The notes below the pieces were generated by a model, which saw only the letters and a list, made by a program, of their open reading frames with translations, was not told where the DNA came from and did not search any database. A stretch of DNA of 63,577 nt, counting the filler, from Octopus bimaculoides (Eukaryota), in NCBI RefSeq assembly GCF_001194135.2. It is 4 parts of 4 records of this genome, joined end to end, with 100 filler letters (N's around TTAATTAATTAA, not from the genome) between each part and the next. Parts side by side here need not be neighbours in the genome. Positions count along the whole stretch, not along the records: positions 26,929 to 56,692 come from NC_068986.1; positions 56,793 to 62,287 come from NC_068983.1; 2 more parts are not named here. One strand, 5' to 3'. Positions 48,931 through 62,387 of the stretch are shown one piece after another. A program made the translations under genes and the position numbers. Position 1 is the first letter of the stretch. Every line of letters starts with the position of its first letter.

Positions 48931-50426
48931 GTAAACAATGGTAATAATTAAAAGGAAATAAAATTCGAATCATAATGAATTTGTGCTTTAGTGTAATATT
49001 TCTGAGATGTGCGTGTGTGTGTGTCTGTATACTTGTCTATGTGTGTGCATGTGTGCGTGTCTATGTGTGTGCATGTGTTTGTGTGCGTTTGTGTTTGTGT
49101 TGTGTCTGTGTGTGTACTGTATTAGAAATATAATTATGAAACTAATGGAATAAAATTGAGATAATGATGGAAAATTAGAAACGATTTAATGAGAATAATA
49201 ATTACAATAAAATAGAAGCAAATGTATACAAATAATTATTTTAATTTAAATAAGTTAAATGGAATCCAGGTGAGACTATTTGGTTCAGTGACGAAATCAT
49301 GTCTCTCACGGCAATTAAATCAACTAAATAATCCAGAAAAACAAACAAACAAATACGCTAATGCAAGCGAGGAACAGTGACAACAGAGAAGCAGTATAAA
49401 ATTGAATTTCGAAGTGTGAAGATGTAACGATCGACTATATCAATAGCAGGAAATGGCAAAATGCTGTAAAATCTCTTTTTGCGAGAATACGCCACTCCTA
49501 TAAACAGGAAAATATGATAAAAGTAAAGATATGAGTAGAATTATGGGAATAATGAAGAATCATAAATGGATCCTTTAAACAGAGAAAAAAATAAAATTTA
49601 TAATTTGAGAAACATCAGCAGGAAATGAGTTGAATATAATTATTTGCATAATAACGTGATTAAGCCTTCTTATAATAAGAACGCAACGTATGTCCGTATG
49701 TGAGTTTTTCACTAGGTAATCAATAAATGATCTTTGATAGTATGTAGCACCTTTAACAGTCGACATTTCAGTAGTAAATTCCTTAACCAAGCATTTTTGC
49801 TTCATCTGGATATGTAGTAATTTAAGTATATTTTGAACCTGTAAAGTGCAATATCTATGTGACCCGGTAGTGCACAAATGGCTACCACCTAAACTGCTTG
49901 TCATGCCGATTAAAATCTGCTATTTCTTTTTTCAAGTGTTTTCCTAAGACCTTATTGAGTGTGTAGTGACTGATGGCAATATCAGAATTCAAATAGTGCA
50001 TATATTAGCTTTTGTAATGAGATGATAACGTAATGAAATCGATGGTCACCTATCGCAAATAATACATAACTAAATTTTAAAAAACTTATTTTACTGAAGA
50101 AAAAAGTAATGTTTTAACCAATAAATACATATCCTACAAAAATATCACCAAAAGTGAACAACTTGAACGGCCCTCACTTATGTATGTAATAAAGGAACAA
50201 CTGAAAATAATTAAATCTTTGAATACATCAATAAAAACAGGTCACTTTGTATTTCTGTCCTGGAATAAAACTTTCTCTTGCCGCATACAACAGTGAAATG
50301 TAGATGTTCTTAGCAGCAGTTGTCAATGTATTAGGTGTCAATCGATAAGAACATCTATACTTTTATCGACGCACACACAATCACTGACACACACACACAC
50401 ACCTACATACACATATGTCAGTTTCT

Positions 50427-50652
50427 TATTTCTTTATTGCCCACAAGGGGCTAAACATATAGAGGACAAACAAGGACAGACAAAGGGATTAAGTCGACCC
50501 CAGTACGTAACTGGTACTTATTTAATCGACCCCGAAAAGATGAAACGCAAAGGCAAAGTCAACCTCGGCGGAATTTGAACTCAGAACGTAGCGGCAGACA
50601 AAATACCGGTAAGCATTTCGCCCGGCGTGCTAACGTTTCTGCCAGCTCGCTG
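50427..50652 (-). mobile_element. Nin-type SINE with perfect 22-bp TSD, nested in a minus-strand family C SINE
   Basis: acatacacatatgtcagtttct at 50405-50426 and 50653-50674. Family C sequence continues at 50675-50830. Confidence 0.9.
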
Positions 50653-51449
50653 ACATACACATATGTCAGTTTCTGTCTAATAAATCCACTCACAGGGCTT
50701 AGGTCAGTTCAAGGCTATAGTAGAAGACACTTCCCGAAGGTGCCATGCAGTGGAACTGAACCCGAAACCATGTGGTTAGGAAGCAATCTTCTTTCCACAT
50801 ATCCAAGCCTGCGCCTATATCAAAAACTCCACATTATCCGTTTGTTGATGAAATCCTTATTTGTCTTAAGCAGTGACATCAAAATATAACAGTCATTTTA
50901 CAGCTACCATCTTAAATATAAATATTTACAACCTCACGGATTAATACAATGATTTCAGCAATGGAAATATGTATATAGAACTTTGAAGTTGAGTCTGAGA
51001 ACTAAAACTGGAAATCATGGTTATTTAAGAAGTTGCTTAGCCCTCAGATCAGTCCTCACTGACCAGACCTATGATAAAAAATCATTATAAGATGAAAATT
51101 TGGGCGCACATATAATGTAAACTTCCTCTGCTTTTAAAGCATTGAATTGTGATGCAGGAAAGATTTGGTTGTTATTTATAGGACAAGAAGCTACATAGTG
51201 GCTCCCTCAGACAGCATATATTCACTTACACACACGTTTATTTATATTTACTGTGCCACCTTAAGGCCTGGATAAACTGAGCAGTTTCCCGGAGGCCGAT
51301 AATGTTGCTATGAGGTTTTTATATATCCGTTTTATATATACGTAAGCCTAAACTATTGTAATCCGACAGTATTACAAAAGCCTTACAGTGGCTTTAGTAA
51401 ATTAGAAGAGGCAAATCAAGAGATGGAAGAGGCTAAATCGCCTTACCAA

Positions 51450-51480
<31 letters not shown>

Positions 51481-51502
51481 TGTATGTATGTATGTATGTA
51501 TG

Positions 51503-51570
<68 letters not shown>

Positions 51571-52946
51571 AACACACACACATATATAATATAGATACAG
51601 ATATATACATTTTTTGTGCATTAAGGCTACCATTGGTTTCATTTTCTAGAAAGACCTCCACAATTATCAAGCCTATCGCAAGGAGCATGGAGACGAACAC
51701 TGATGTTCCATGCAACAGGCTTGATAATTGTTGAACGTTAAGTTCATGTCCACGGACGACAAAATGAGAAAGTTAACTTCTGTGGGACTTGAAGGTAATA
51801 TGGAGAATGATTTAGCTAGATACTTTATCACTTTCTAAAGGCCATACAAATGCACGACTCTGATGTAAAGCGTACCTCCAATAATCCAATTAGAATTAAC
51901 ATCCCACACGTTAGAAGTTGCTTCGCACCCACATATCAACCATTATCAAGTATTCATATTGTCATAGGTTTACCATAGACAGTCATACCGTTTTTTTTCA
52001 GACAGAGCATATTATATCATACCGGGACTAAATTATTCATCATGCACCTATTAGTGTTCTTTTAAGGGGGGAGAGCTTATCTTGAGGGGAGAGTTCTGCT
52101 ATTGTTACTAGGTATGATCTCTATCCAGAGTTTCCTCGTTTCTCTTGAACTGTAAGTAGAAAAATAAATACAGTGAAATTCTTGAAAATTCTACGGCATT
52201 CGAACTAATTCCACTATATAGAAGATATTTGTTGCTCTACGACACACGTAACAAACGTCTCCTAGATTACAATAACAGAAAAGAAAAGAACGACAACAGC
52301 TACAACGACGACTTCGACAAGAAATCATATAAATGGAATTAAGTATACAAAAATTATAATTATAAACAAACAGATCAATGCGAAGATTCACGTAGATATT
52401 TGGACAACAATAACTAAAGGTCTAAGAAATCTATATATTTAGATAAATGAAATTATAAATAAACAATGGAAATAGTATTTAATTAATCACTTTTATGTAG
52501 ATTCCATCTTCAGTAAATGTTTGTCAGTCAAAGATTTAGCCACTTTAATTACCATATTGTTTATCTTGGCCAAGACGCTTTTTTACCCCTGGGACACTTA
52601 GAAATATAAATTTTGCAGAGAAATAATTTTGCAAGTCTCTGATTGCTTTGCCTTTTTATTATTCTTATTGTCTCTGATAGTGAGTGTACTGTATACATTC
52701 ATTTCTGCATATGGGTATATATTATATCTGTTTGTGTGTGTGGTGTATGCATGATTTTGTATATGTGATTGATATTTAGGAGACTGTGTGTCTACAGATG
52801 CGCATGCAGTTACTCCAGAGATTAACGATTACGTTTGAAATTCCGTGTCACTAAGAAAGAAGCACACAGACACACACAAGCACACTCTCTCTCACACGCA
52901 CACAAACACACACACACACACATACAAGTACACACACACACACATA

Positions 52947-52986
<40 letters not shown>

Positions 52987-53656
52987 AACGCACACGCGCA
53001 CGCACACATATACGTATGTATATGTATGGTACCATATATATATATATAAATAAATACTTTCAGAAAAATGACGGTTATCCATTCTATTGAGACAAAGCAA
53101 TATGCACCACGCGCGCGCGCNNNNNNNNNNNNNNNNNNNNNNNNNNNNNNNNNNNNNNNNNNNNNNNNNNNNNNNNNNNNNNNNNNNNNNNNNNNNNNNN
53201 NNNNNNNNNNNNNNNNNNNNNNNNNNNNNNNNNNNNNNNNNNNNNNNNNNNNNNNNNNNNNNNNNNNNNNNNNNNNNNNNNNNNNNNNNNNNNNNNNNNN
53301 NNNNNNNNNNNNNNNNNNNNNNNNNNNNNNNNNNNNNNNNNNNNNNNNNNNNNNNNNNNNNNNNNNNNNNNNNNNNNNNNNNNNNNNNNNNNNNNNNNNN
53401 NNNNNNNNNNNNNNNNNNNNNNNNNNNNNNNNNNNNNNNNNNNNNNNNNNNNNNNNNNNNNNNNNNNNNNNNNNNNNNNNNNNNNNNNNNNNNNNNNNNN
53501 NNNNNNNNNNNNNNNNNNNNNNNNNNNNNNNNNNNNNNNNNNNNNNNNNNNNNNNNNNNNNNNNNNNNNNTATATATATATATATATGAGAGAAATAGAC
53601 AGATACATTAATGCAAAGACATACACACATATAATCAAAGAGAAAGAGAAAAAAAA

Positions 53657-53709
<53 letters not shown>

Positions 53710-54671
53710 AAAAGGGAGAAGAGATGCAAAAAAATCTATGGTATGCATTATTATTAAAATATAATGATGCTAAGTATACACTTATGAAAGACATGTATAA
53801 AATTAAGGAAATATTCCACAATATTGCTGTTAAAGCGGATTTCAATGGAAATGAAGTTTTCAAGGTGTTGGCTCATTACTGTGGTGAATGAGATTTTACC
53901 GTATAAAAGAAACTATCACAGTCCGTCTCTATGTCAGATAAATTATTTAGCAAGTGTTGGTGATCAAGATGCAAAACAATTGCAAACAAACACACACAAG
54001 CCCGCACACATTTATGAATAGTCTTTATTGTCGCTTTAGAAGTAGTTCTAGTATCGCATTGTGCTTGTAATTGTACTCATATGCAATGTACGCTGCTAGA
54101 TATAACATAAATTGGCCGAATTTTCAACAATGTTTCTCTCCTATTATATTATAATTCTTGTTTTATTATTTCTATATCTATTTTTCTTTTTCCTATTTAT
54201 TTATGTCTATCTTTAACGGTGAACCTATAAAAGTGAATTGCTATTACAAAAGCTCGCCGTGAGAAAATAGTTCATACGAATTACGTAATTATTATGTTGT
54301 GTACGAATTTTTGAAACAGCTATAGGAATGAATATTTTAAAATGATATTGGCATTCTTTTCTGTTCGTTGAAATATACATTGCTCTATTCATAACTAATA
54401 GGCTATTCCGAAATATTTGCAACTTTCTACGCTGATATGCATTTTACATGTAATTTAAGGAGTTGAACACTAAAAAGCTTTGAACACTAAAAAGCTTTGA
54501 ACTCTAAAATAATTGTTTATTTGTAACGCATGCATTGCTCAATTTAATGTTCTACATACATACATACATACATACATACATACATACATACATACATACA
54601 TACATACATACATACAAACATACATACAAACATACAAACATACATACATACATACATACATACATACATAC

Positions 54672-55056
54672 ATAAGCTGCAGCCCTGCAGATATAAACAT
54701 CTCTTTGAAAATCAAAGAAAAAGAGAATATCTATGGACAACTGCTTCGAAAGCTCCAGACTATGAATTTATATTCATACGAATAATAATTGGAGCACTAG
54801 GTTTTTTTAGTAAATACTTAAAGGAGAAGCTGGATAAACTGGGATTTTCAGAAAGAGAGTTTGACCGGCTGGTTCGTACATTACAAGTCCAATCTGTGAG
54901 TGGAACAGTAAAAATATGCAAGACTTTTCTTCTGAAGTACCAAATGTGTATTTGTCTGTGTTAACTACATCCCAAAGATGGCGCCTTGTATATTTGTTGG
55001 AAACTGGCTCCCTCCTCAGTGGAAAATTTATAATAATTGAAATATAGAAGAGACAT
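54672..55056 (+). mobile_element. 3' end of an RLE-type LINE abutting (CATA)n
   Basis: ISC(S)PADINISLKIKEKENIYGQLLRK, then after a frameshift PDYEFIFIRIIIGALG...LQVQSVSGTVKICKTFL. Preceded by about 30 CATA units and followed by acatacatgcac. Confidence 0.8.
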
Positions 55057-56692
55057 ACATGCACAAATAAGATCGTTAGTAAATAGCTTGTTATCCACCA
55101 GGAAGATATATGTGCATTCATCAATAACGGATATTTACTATTTTATACACGTTTGTCCATATTATTAGTAAATAGTTTTGGGTGTTAGTAAATTCATAAC
55201 TTTGGGAAATAGGTTACTCTATTTACCACCCACGGAGAAATTTTCACGTGGTCATGCGTTATGTTATTGTACAGACTGATCAATCATTCATGGATTCAAA
55301 GCAATCATTCATGGATTCAAAGCAATAATTCAACTACAAGTTGTGGATTTTATCTTTTCTGTGCGATTTCTATTGCTAGGTTGTCTCAGTCAAGGTTATT
55401 AAAGGGTGCGATCTGGCAGAACCAATAGAGTGTAGGGCAAAACATTTTCAGCCGTTCTTTAGGCTGATTTGGAATCACACCACTTCTAAATACATAAAAT
55501 GCAGTAGTAGCAATTCAGTCCTGAGGTCAATTCTATCGATTAAGCCTTCTCATCAAATTTCAAATTTTGCACCTATGTTACAAACATGACCAGTGGCACT
55601 ATTTTCTTTTACGGAAGCCGTCTCACGACCTTCAGATATTTTTCACAGCAATCATCTCCAGGATTGCGTAATTCACCGAAATATCTTTGGATTAAATGTC
55701 ATCTCGTTGAAGAATCTACAGCGAAATCTTTGATGATATATTTATCATTTCACTTCTGATTTAAGAAGACATTATCCCAGGCTTTATATTTCTCAGTCAA
55801 GAATTGTTCTCACGAACCAGAAAACATTTTGGACAGTTATTTTTGAATAAATATACTGGTGTGTATTTACCCGTATATCTAGACGTTTTTTATGTAATTA
55901 CGGATACAGACACACGTTTATACGCCTATGTCTGTGCGTTTGTATGTATGTATGTATGTATGTATGTATATATATGTGTGTATTATGTGTACATAAATGT
56001 ACACTCATACACATAAGTATATGCATTAACGTATATATTTGTATACATAGACATAAAAGTATATTTACACGCAGGAGTGTATATTTGCATAGAATATAAT
56101 TATGTATATATACATATAAATGTGTAAATATATATATACCTATAAATATAATTGTACATGCAGTCATATATTTATATAAATATATATATATACATATACA
56201 CACACATTAATATTATGTATACATTGATATACGTGTACGTATGTGTGTGTGTGTGTATGTGTGTGTGTATTACGCAAGTGTATAAAGCAGCACATTGGAA
56301 GATATTACTACTTGACGTTGTTTAAACTGCAATAAAAGTGATGGTTGTATTAATGGATGGAGATGAGATGGAGATAAAACATTGACATCATCTGCTTACA
56401 TCACAAAAACATTGACTAGCAACTGTTTAACTTTAAAACATAACCTAAACCCAACATATACTTATCTCAGCCCCACGCACAAATACATATGTGTCTGTGT
56501 ATGTGTGTGCGAGGGTGGCTGTGTTTGTGTGCGTCGGCGCGAGTGTGTTTGTATGAATGTATGTGTACATATATGCACGTTACGTGTGTATATATTTAGA
56601 AAGTGTAGGAAGAACGCATACTGACAGAGACAAATATTTACAGATAGAAATATAAAGTAAATACGTATATATATATATATATATATATATAT

Positions 56693-56792
56693 NNNNNNNN
56701 NNNNNNNNNNNNNNNNNNNNNNNNNNNNNNNNNNNNTTAATTAATTAANNNNNNNNNNNNNNNNNNNNNNNNNNNNNNNNNNNNNNNNNNNN
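56693..56792. other. Artificial assembly spacer N44-TTAATTAATTAA-N44
   Basis: Identical to 26829-26928. Confidence 0.95.
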
Positions 56793-56873
56793 ACTTTATA
56801 CCAATATGTTTATGATTCAATGATTAGACAATATAATACTAGAAATATATATAGACATATACATACATACATG

Positions 56874-56927
<54 letters not shown>

Positions 56928-56939
56928 AGAATATATATA

Positions 56940-57120
56940 ACCTCGTGGGCATCGGTACCATTTTCCTCTTTCTCCGTTCTTCCATTCTACAAACTTTCCA
57001 TCTTTCCGACGAAGGGCTACGCCCGAAACGTCATACACTCTCTCTTTCCTTTCCTGAGCGTCCAATAATACTATCCATATCACGTCCTCACCTTGTTGTT
57101 TTTTTGTTTTTTTGTTATTG
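56940..57120 (+). mobile_element. Penelope-like terminal fragment with degenerate hammerhead core
   Basis: ccgacga-a-gggc-tac-gccc-gaaa-cg-tc at 57006-57032. Confidence 0.55.
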
Positions 57121-59017
57121 TTTTTTTTTAACTATATATATATACATATATACATATAAGAATACATACTACATATAAGTATTCATTTACCCAATTTATT
57201 AAAAAATTATAGATAATTAACAAAAATGAGTTAACAGATACACACATATTTATATACATATACAGATATGCAGAATTTGTTTTGGAAGGAAAATCAAAGA
57301 TTTCTTTCCATATATTTATCACAAAACTGAAATGATTTTGATTAGAATTCATAATTCTGATTAATAATAGTATTATTATTTATGAAATTTCTGTCTTGTA
57401 GTTAATTTTTCTTAGTATTTATTACTGGTATTAAATATAAGTTTAGTAAACTGTAGTAATAGAAAGAAATTTATATAATTCTGCAGATGGAATCAGCTAG
57501 AACTCAAATATCATGCTATCATTAACATCATTTTACACATTCTTACACATTTTTATTTTGGTTTTGTTTTGTTTTGATTTTAACATACCAACATATTTAA
57601 ATTCTAGCTAGTACAAGTTCAAGCTTTCTTTAATTATTAAAAAGGTAAGTTATTCAGAAAGAATTTATTGAGAAGCTAACTCATGTGATTTCTGAAATAA
57701 ACAATAATACAAATTCTTTCAGACAATATTTTCTAAAAGAAATAATAAGTTTATTTTGACTAAGTATGTATGGAGTTAATTAATTTACTCACTCTCAGTA
57801 TTTAACTGGCAGTTATGATACTGCATCAAAAGAGATGAAAATCAAAATTGATCACGGCAAGATTTGAAATCAGAACAATATGGTAATGAATTAGTACCAT
57901 ACTGAAGGACAACCTCTAGCTGTTGAACTTTTCACACGATATAATAAAGGACTGAGATACCTGGTACTTTACTATACTCAACAAGACCTGTCCTCTACAG
58001 CAGAAGTGTTAAGGCCACCCCTTCTGCTGAAGAGGATTGGTCTTCAAGAGTTGTGTTCTAGTGCCACGTTAAAGTGCTTGTATGGTGCCATGTTAAAAGC
58101 ACCCAACATACACTGTAATGTGGTTGGTATTAGGAAGGGCATCTAGCTGTAGAAACCAAGCCAAATCAGACTAGAACTTGGTACATAGTGCAGCTCTCCA
58201 GCTTTTGCTAAACCGTCCAATCCAAGCCAGCCTGAAAAATTAATATCACATGATGATGGTGATGATGAAACCTTCCAACCCAGCATTCTACTGTCTCATC
58301 AAGTCCTACCATCTATATTCTTTAAGACCCATTTAACAGGGCCTAACATGTATCCTGGTTTTAACAATACCTGCTGGTCACTGATGGCCTTTAGTGCAAT
58401 TCACTCTCTTGCAGATCCCCTATTCTTTCTTTACCAATGTTTTCCTGCAGTGAATAGCCTACTGATGTTCAGGCTGGGCATCAGTTCCATCAATTTCCCC
58501 AGCTTTTGCCAAGGTGAGTTACAAAGGTCACTGACAATGATCCCTACTCACAAAGCTAAAAGTGAATGAATTCTATATCGAAGAGCAGTATAGTTAACCA
58601 CATAAATAACATTTATTATAAATTTACTGGTTTTCTATTTATTGACAATATAGATAGAAGACAAAAATCAAGCTTGAGGGTGTCTGGAATCAAAACAGTC
58701 AATGCTGGACTTATCCGTATAAGCAAATTACATCTTACTAACAAACAATAGAATGGACTTATAGTACTGAATTACGTCTCTACTTTCTGAGTTCAAATCC
58801 TACCAATTCAACTTTGCCTTTCATTTTTGCAGTGTTGTTAAATTAAATATGACGTAAATACTGGGAGCAATTAAATCAACTACATCTCTTCCCCCAGCAT
58901 GGCCACAGGCTAATGATTGAAACAACTAAAAGGAAAAGTTGGAAATGAAAGACATTTTAAAAATAGTTTGCATAAAGAACAAAATAAAAATATATATATA
59001 AAAAAAAAAGGACTTAC

Positions 59018-59104
59018 CAAAGCCATTCATTTGCACTGGAGGAATCTTTTGAAAGCCCTCTAAAACTGATGTCTCTCCAGATATGCTGCTACTCTTAGAG
59101 AAAT
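59018..59104 (-). CDS. RALGAPB: Ral GTPase-activating protein subunit beta, internal exon (87 nt, phase 1/1)
   Basis: Acceptor ctcttctag, donor TTG|gtaagt. Encodes (D)FSKSSSISGETSVLEGFQKIPPVQMNGF. In phase with 60188-60295 and corresponds to a poorly conserved linker. Confidence 0.75.
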
Positions 59105-60187
59105 CTAGAAGAGATTCAGAAATGAAATATATATATATATATATATATATATACTTTTTAAAATTTTTTATTAATCATCAAATAACCATATGTGTATTGA
59201 TTTCTCACATTGAAACAAGGCTAGAAGTTATTTGGAGGGGTACACTTGATTGAATTAACACTATATGACTTATAGTTGTTTTAACACACTAAAACACATA
59301 AAGGATCAAATGGAAGCAGTATAGGGTTTAGGGGACATTTTAGTCAAGCTGGTGACATCTTCTCTACTGCTTAGGGTATGATAAAATGCATTCAGTTTCT
59401 ACTGTAATGTGGATGGTGATAGGAAAGGCATTCAGCAGTAAAAACTATAGCAAAAAAGAGTGAGTGAAAGGAGACAATGTCAAGTAGATGACAGCTCTTT
59501 AACCTTATTGCAAATCTCTCTAGTGCCAGAGGCACAATAAAATGCACCCAGTTAACATTGTAAAGTGTTAGTGATAGGCAGGTTGTTTAGCTGCCAAAAA
59601 ATGAATGAAAGAACAGGTAAAATGAAGATTTTGCAAGACTCAGTGCAGGAAAACTATCTAGAATAATAAACCAGATTAAAAATATTGATACAGGGTAGCA
59701 AAGACTCTTTAGTCCAACTACAGATATTCTTTCTAATATTGGGAAATGATAAAATACCTCTTGTCTATGCTGTAAAATGGTTGACAGTAAGAAAGGCATC
59801 TAGCTTTATAATCCATTCAAAAAGCATGACAAATATAGCAAAGATAATTGGTTATTTTTTTTTTTATATATATATACTGTGTATCGAATAAGAGAAAAGA
59901 GTGAGACCTTCCAACCAATACCAATATGGTAAAAAAGGCATAAAAATTATGAAAGTAATAAAAGATCTGAAGCCAGAATGTAAAGGGATGAAACTACATA
60001 TCACAAAGTGTTTAGTCTAACTTCCTACTATTTTTGCTACTTATTGTTCTCCATTAATTGTATAAATTTATATGGTTTCTCTTTTATTTCTTTTCCCTCA
60101 TCTCCAGTTCATGTCATTTCATTAAGATGTGGAACAGAAGCAATATAGATTTTCATGTATAGAAACTAATAGAATTATGTTACCTAC

Positions 60188-60295
60188 CTGAAGACACATC
60201 AGAATCATTCAAGCAGATATCGTGTTGTGGTTGAACAGAATGGAACTCAGCTTCCTCACACAGTGCTAGGTCCTGCACCAATAACATTAAACCAC
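60188..60295 (-). CDS. RALGAPB: Ral GTPase-activating protein subunit beta, internal exon (108 nt, phase 1/1)
   Basis: Acceptor ttttgcgacag, donor CAG|gtaggt. Encodes (G)GLMLLVQDLALCEEAEF..., resembling human RALGAPB GAMLNIVQDSALLE as I recall it. Confidence 0.85.
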
Positions 60296-61342
60296 CTGTC
60301 GCAAAAACAAATATTAATAGATAAGGGATATCACAATAGTTAATACTTTATCAATGAAAAAACCTACTGTGAAAAATATTGGTTTTAGTTTTTGGCACAA
60401 GGCCAACAATTTGGGAGGAGCGGGGTAAGTCTATTACATTGGCTCAAGTGTTCAACTGGTACTTATTTTATTGAGCCTGAAAGGATGAAAACCAAACCTG
60501 ACCTTGGCAGAATTTAAGCTCAGAACATAAGAATGGATGAAATGCTGCTAAGCATTTGGCCTGGTCTGTTAACAATTCTGCCAGCTCGCTGCCTTTCCAA
60601 AAGATGACATGTATAACATTTTCTTTCTTTCCATTTGAACACTTGCAAAGTATTTAAGTCATTTAATATTCAGGTTTACACACACACAGACAATGATCAT
60701 TTGGTCAAGTTATTTGCATTTCAACATCGGTTTTCATGGGATTTCTCCTTTCATTTAATGACAAGCTCCATATAAATGGATACCCTCATAGATCACATTT
60801 TTGTCCAAATGTATAGTCATCTATATAATATCTGTACTCAATGAAGCTTGAAAGAAATTAAAATTTTCAGAAGATAAACTTAATTTTAACTGAAGTAATT
60901 TATTTATTATTGGTCAATTGTTGATGACAAAGAAATATAAAATAAATCTGAGACGTGTGGCAATTTGCTGTACTTGAGAAAACATGACAAGCTAAGTAAA
61001 ATTGCAGGCATGCCTTTTATGGATATGCCCCCACTCAATCTCCTAGCTGAGGGGTCTTTGTCTTGCAGGTACAGGTACCATGTAAAATGCACTTATGCCA
61101 GTGTTATGCAAACACACCTGTGCCAGTGGCACATAAAAAAGCACCCAGCCCACTCTGTAAAGTTGATGGCATTAGGAAGGGCATCGTGCCATAGAAACCA
61201 TACCAAAACAGACAACTGAAGTCTGGACAGCTCTCCAGCTGATCAGCTCCTGTCAAACTGTCCAACCCATGCCAGCATGAAAAGCAGATGTTAAATGATG
61301 ATGATGATGATGATGATGATAGGTATCAATTGACAAACTTAC

Positions 61343-61471
61343 CTAACAACATCTGTGTGTTTGACGCATCTGTTTCCTGGCGCAATGCTCGAAGTAAAAG
61401 TTCAGTTATTTTGAATTTAAGAGAAATAAATGATATTTTTCGATCACAACTTTCAGGACTAGATAATATGT
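61343..61471 (-). CDS. RALGAPB: Ral GTPase-activating protein subunit beta, internal exon (129 nt, phase 1/1)
   Basis: Acceptor tttcctttcag, donor TAG|gtaagt. RKISFISLKFKITELLLRALRQETDASNTQMLLG aligns by eye to human [34 protein letters not shown]. Confidence 0.9.
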
Positions 61472-62246
61472 CTGAAAGGAAACAAAAATGTATTAAAACA
61501 AGATATACAAGTTAGCTTTACCATTAGAGTTTATGAAGCTAACAATGTAGTAAATTTAATCAACTCTATTACATGACCCGGTATTTATTGTGTGTTCATA
61601 TACTATAATGACTGTATTTACTCTTTGATGTAAGTAAATAAATTACATTTTTAACTTTAATGCGAGTGATTTGATCCTGCAGATATAATTCTTTTACCAA
61701 CCACATCTACCTCAGCTAAGTTAGGCAAGTAGGTGTACATCACTAGTTTCTTTTTTCTTTTCCACTGTGAAATTCTCAAATAACCCTTTGTTCCATCGAT
61801 GAGGCTTTGGACAACCCATAAATTTTGAGAACATCTGGAGTTATTTGTGTGTGTGCACGTGCATGCATGTATATGTGTATGTGTGTATATATATACACAC
61901 ACACACACACACACATGCAATACATACATACAAACACACATATACTCACACAATGTGCTATGTCTCTTTCATAGTTATACAGTGTAAATAAATTATACAT
62001 ACATACATATATTCATATATGTATGGGTGTACATAGGTGCAGATGTGTGTGTGTGTGTGTGTGTGTGCATGGTCAAAAGTTTACTTCCCAACCACATGGT
62101 TCTGGATTCAGTCCCACTCTGTGGTACCTTAGACAAGTGTCTTCTACTAGAGCTCTAGGCTGACCAAAGCCTTGTGAATGGATTTGGTAAATGGAAACAG
62201 AAAAAAACCCATTGCGTGCGTGTGTGTGTGTATGTATATATATATA

Positions 62247-62287
<41 letters not shown>

Positions 62288-62387
62288 NNNNNNNNNNNNN
62301 NNNNNNNNNNNNNNNNNNNNNNNNNNNNNNNTTAATTAATTAANNNNNNNNNNNNNNNNNNNNNNNNNNNNNNNNNNNNNNNNNNNN
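62288..62387. other. Artificial assembly spacer N44-TTAATTAATTAA-N44
   Basis: Identical to 26829-26928. Confidence 0.95.

Noticed and set aside
61721-61834. Minus-strand frame MFSKFMGCPKPHRWNKGLFENFTVEKKKETSDVHLLA* upstream of the RALGAPB exon
   Set aside because: Ends in a stop with no donor, weak acceptor context and no resemblance to the expected upstream RALGAPB sequence.
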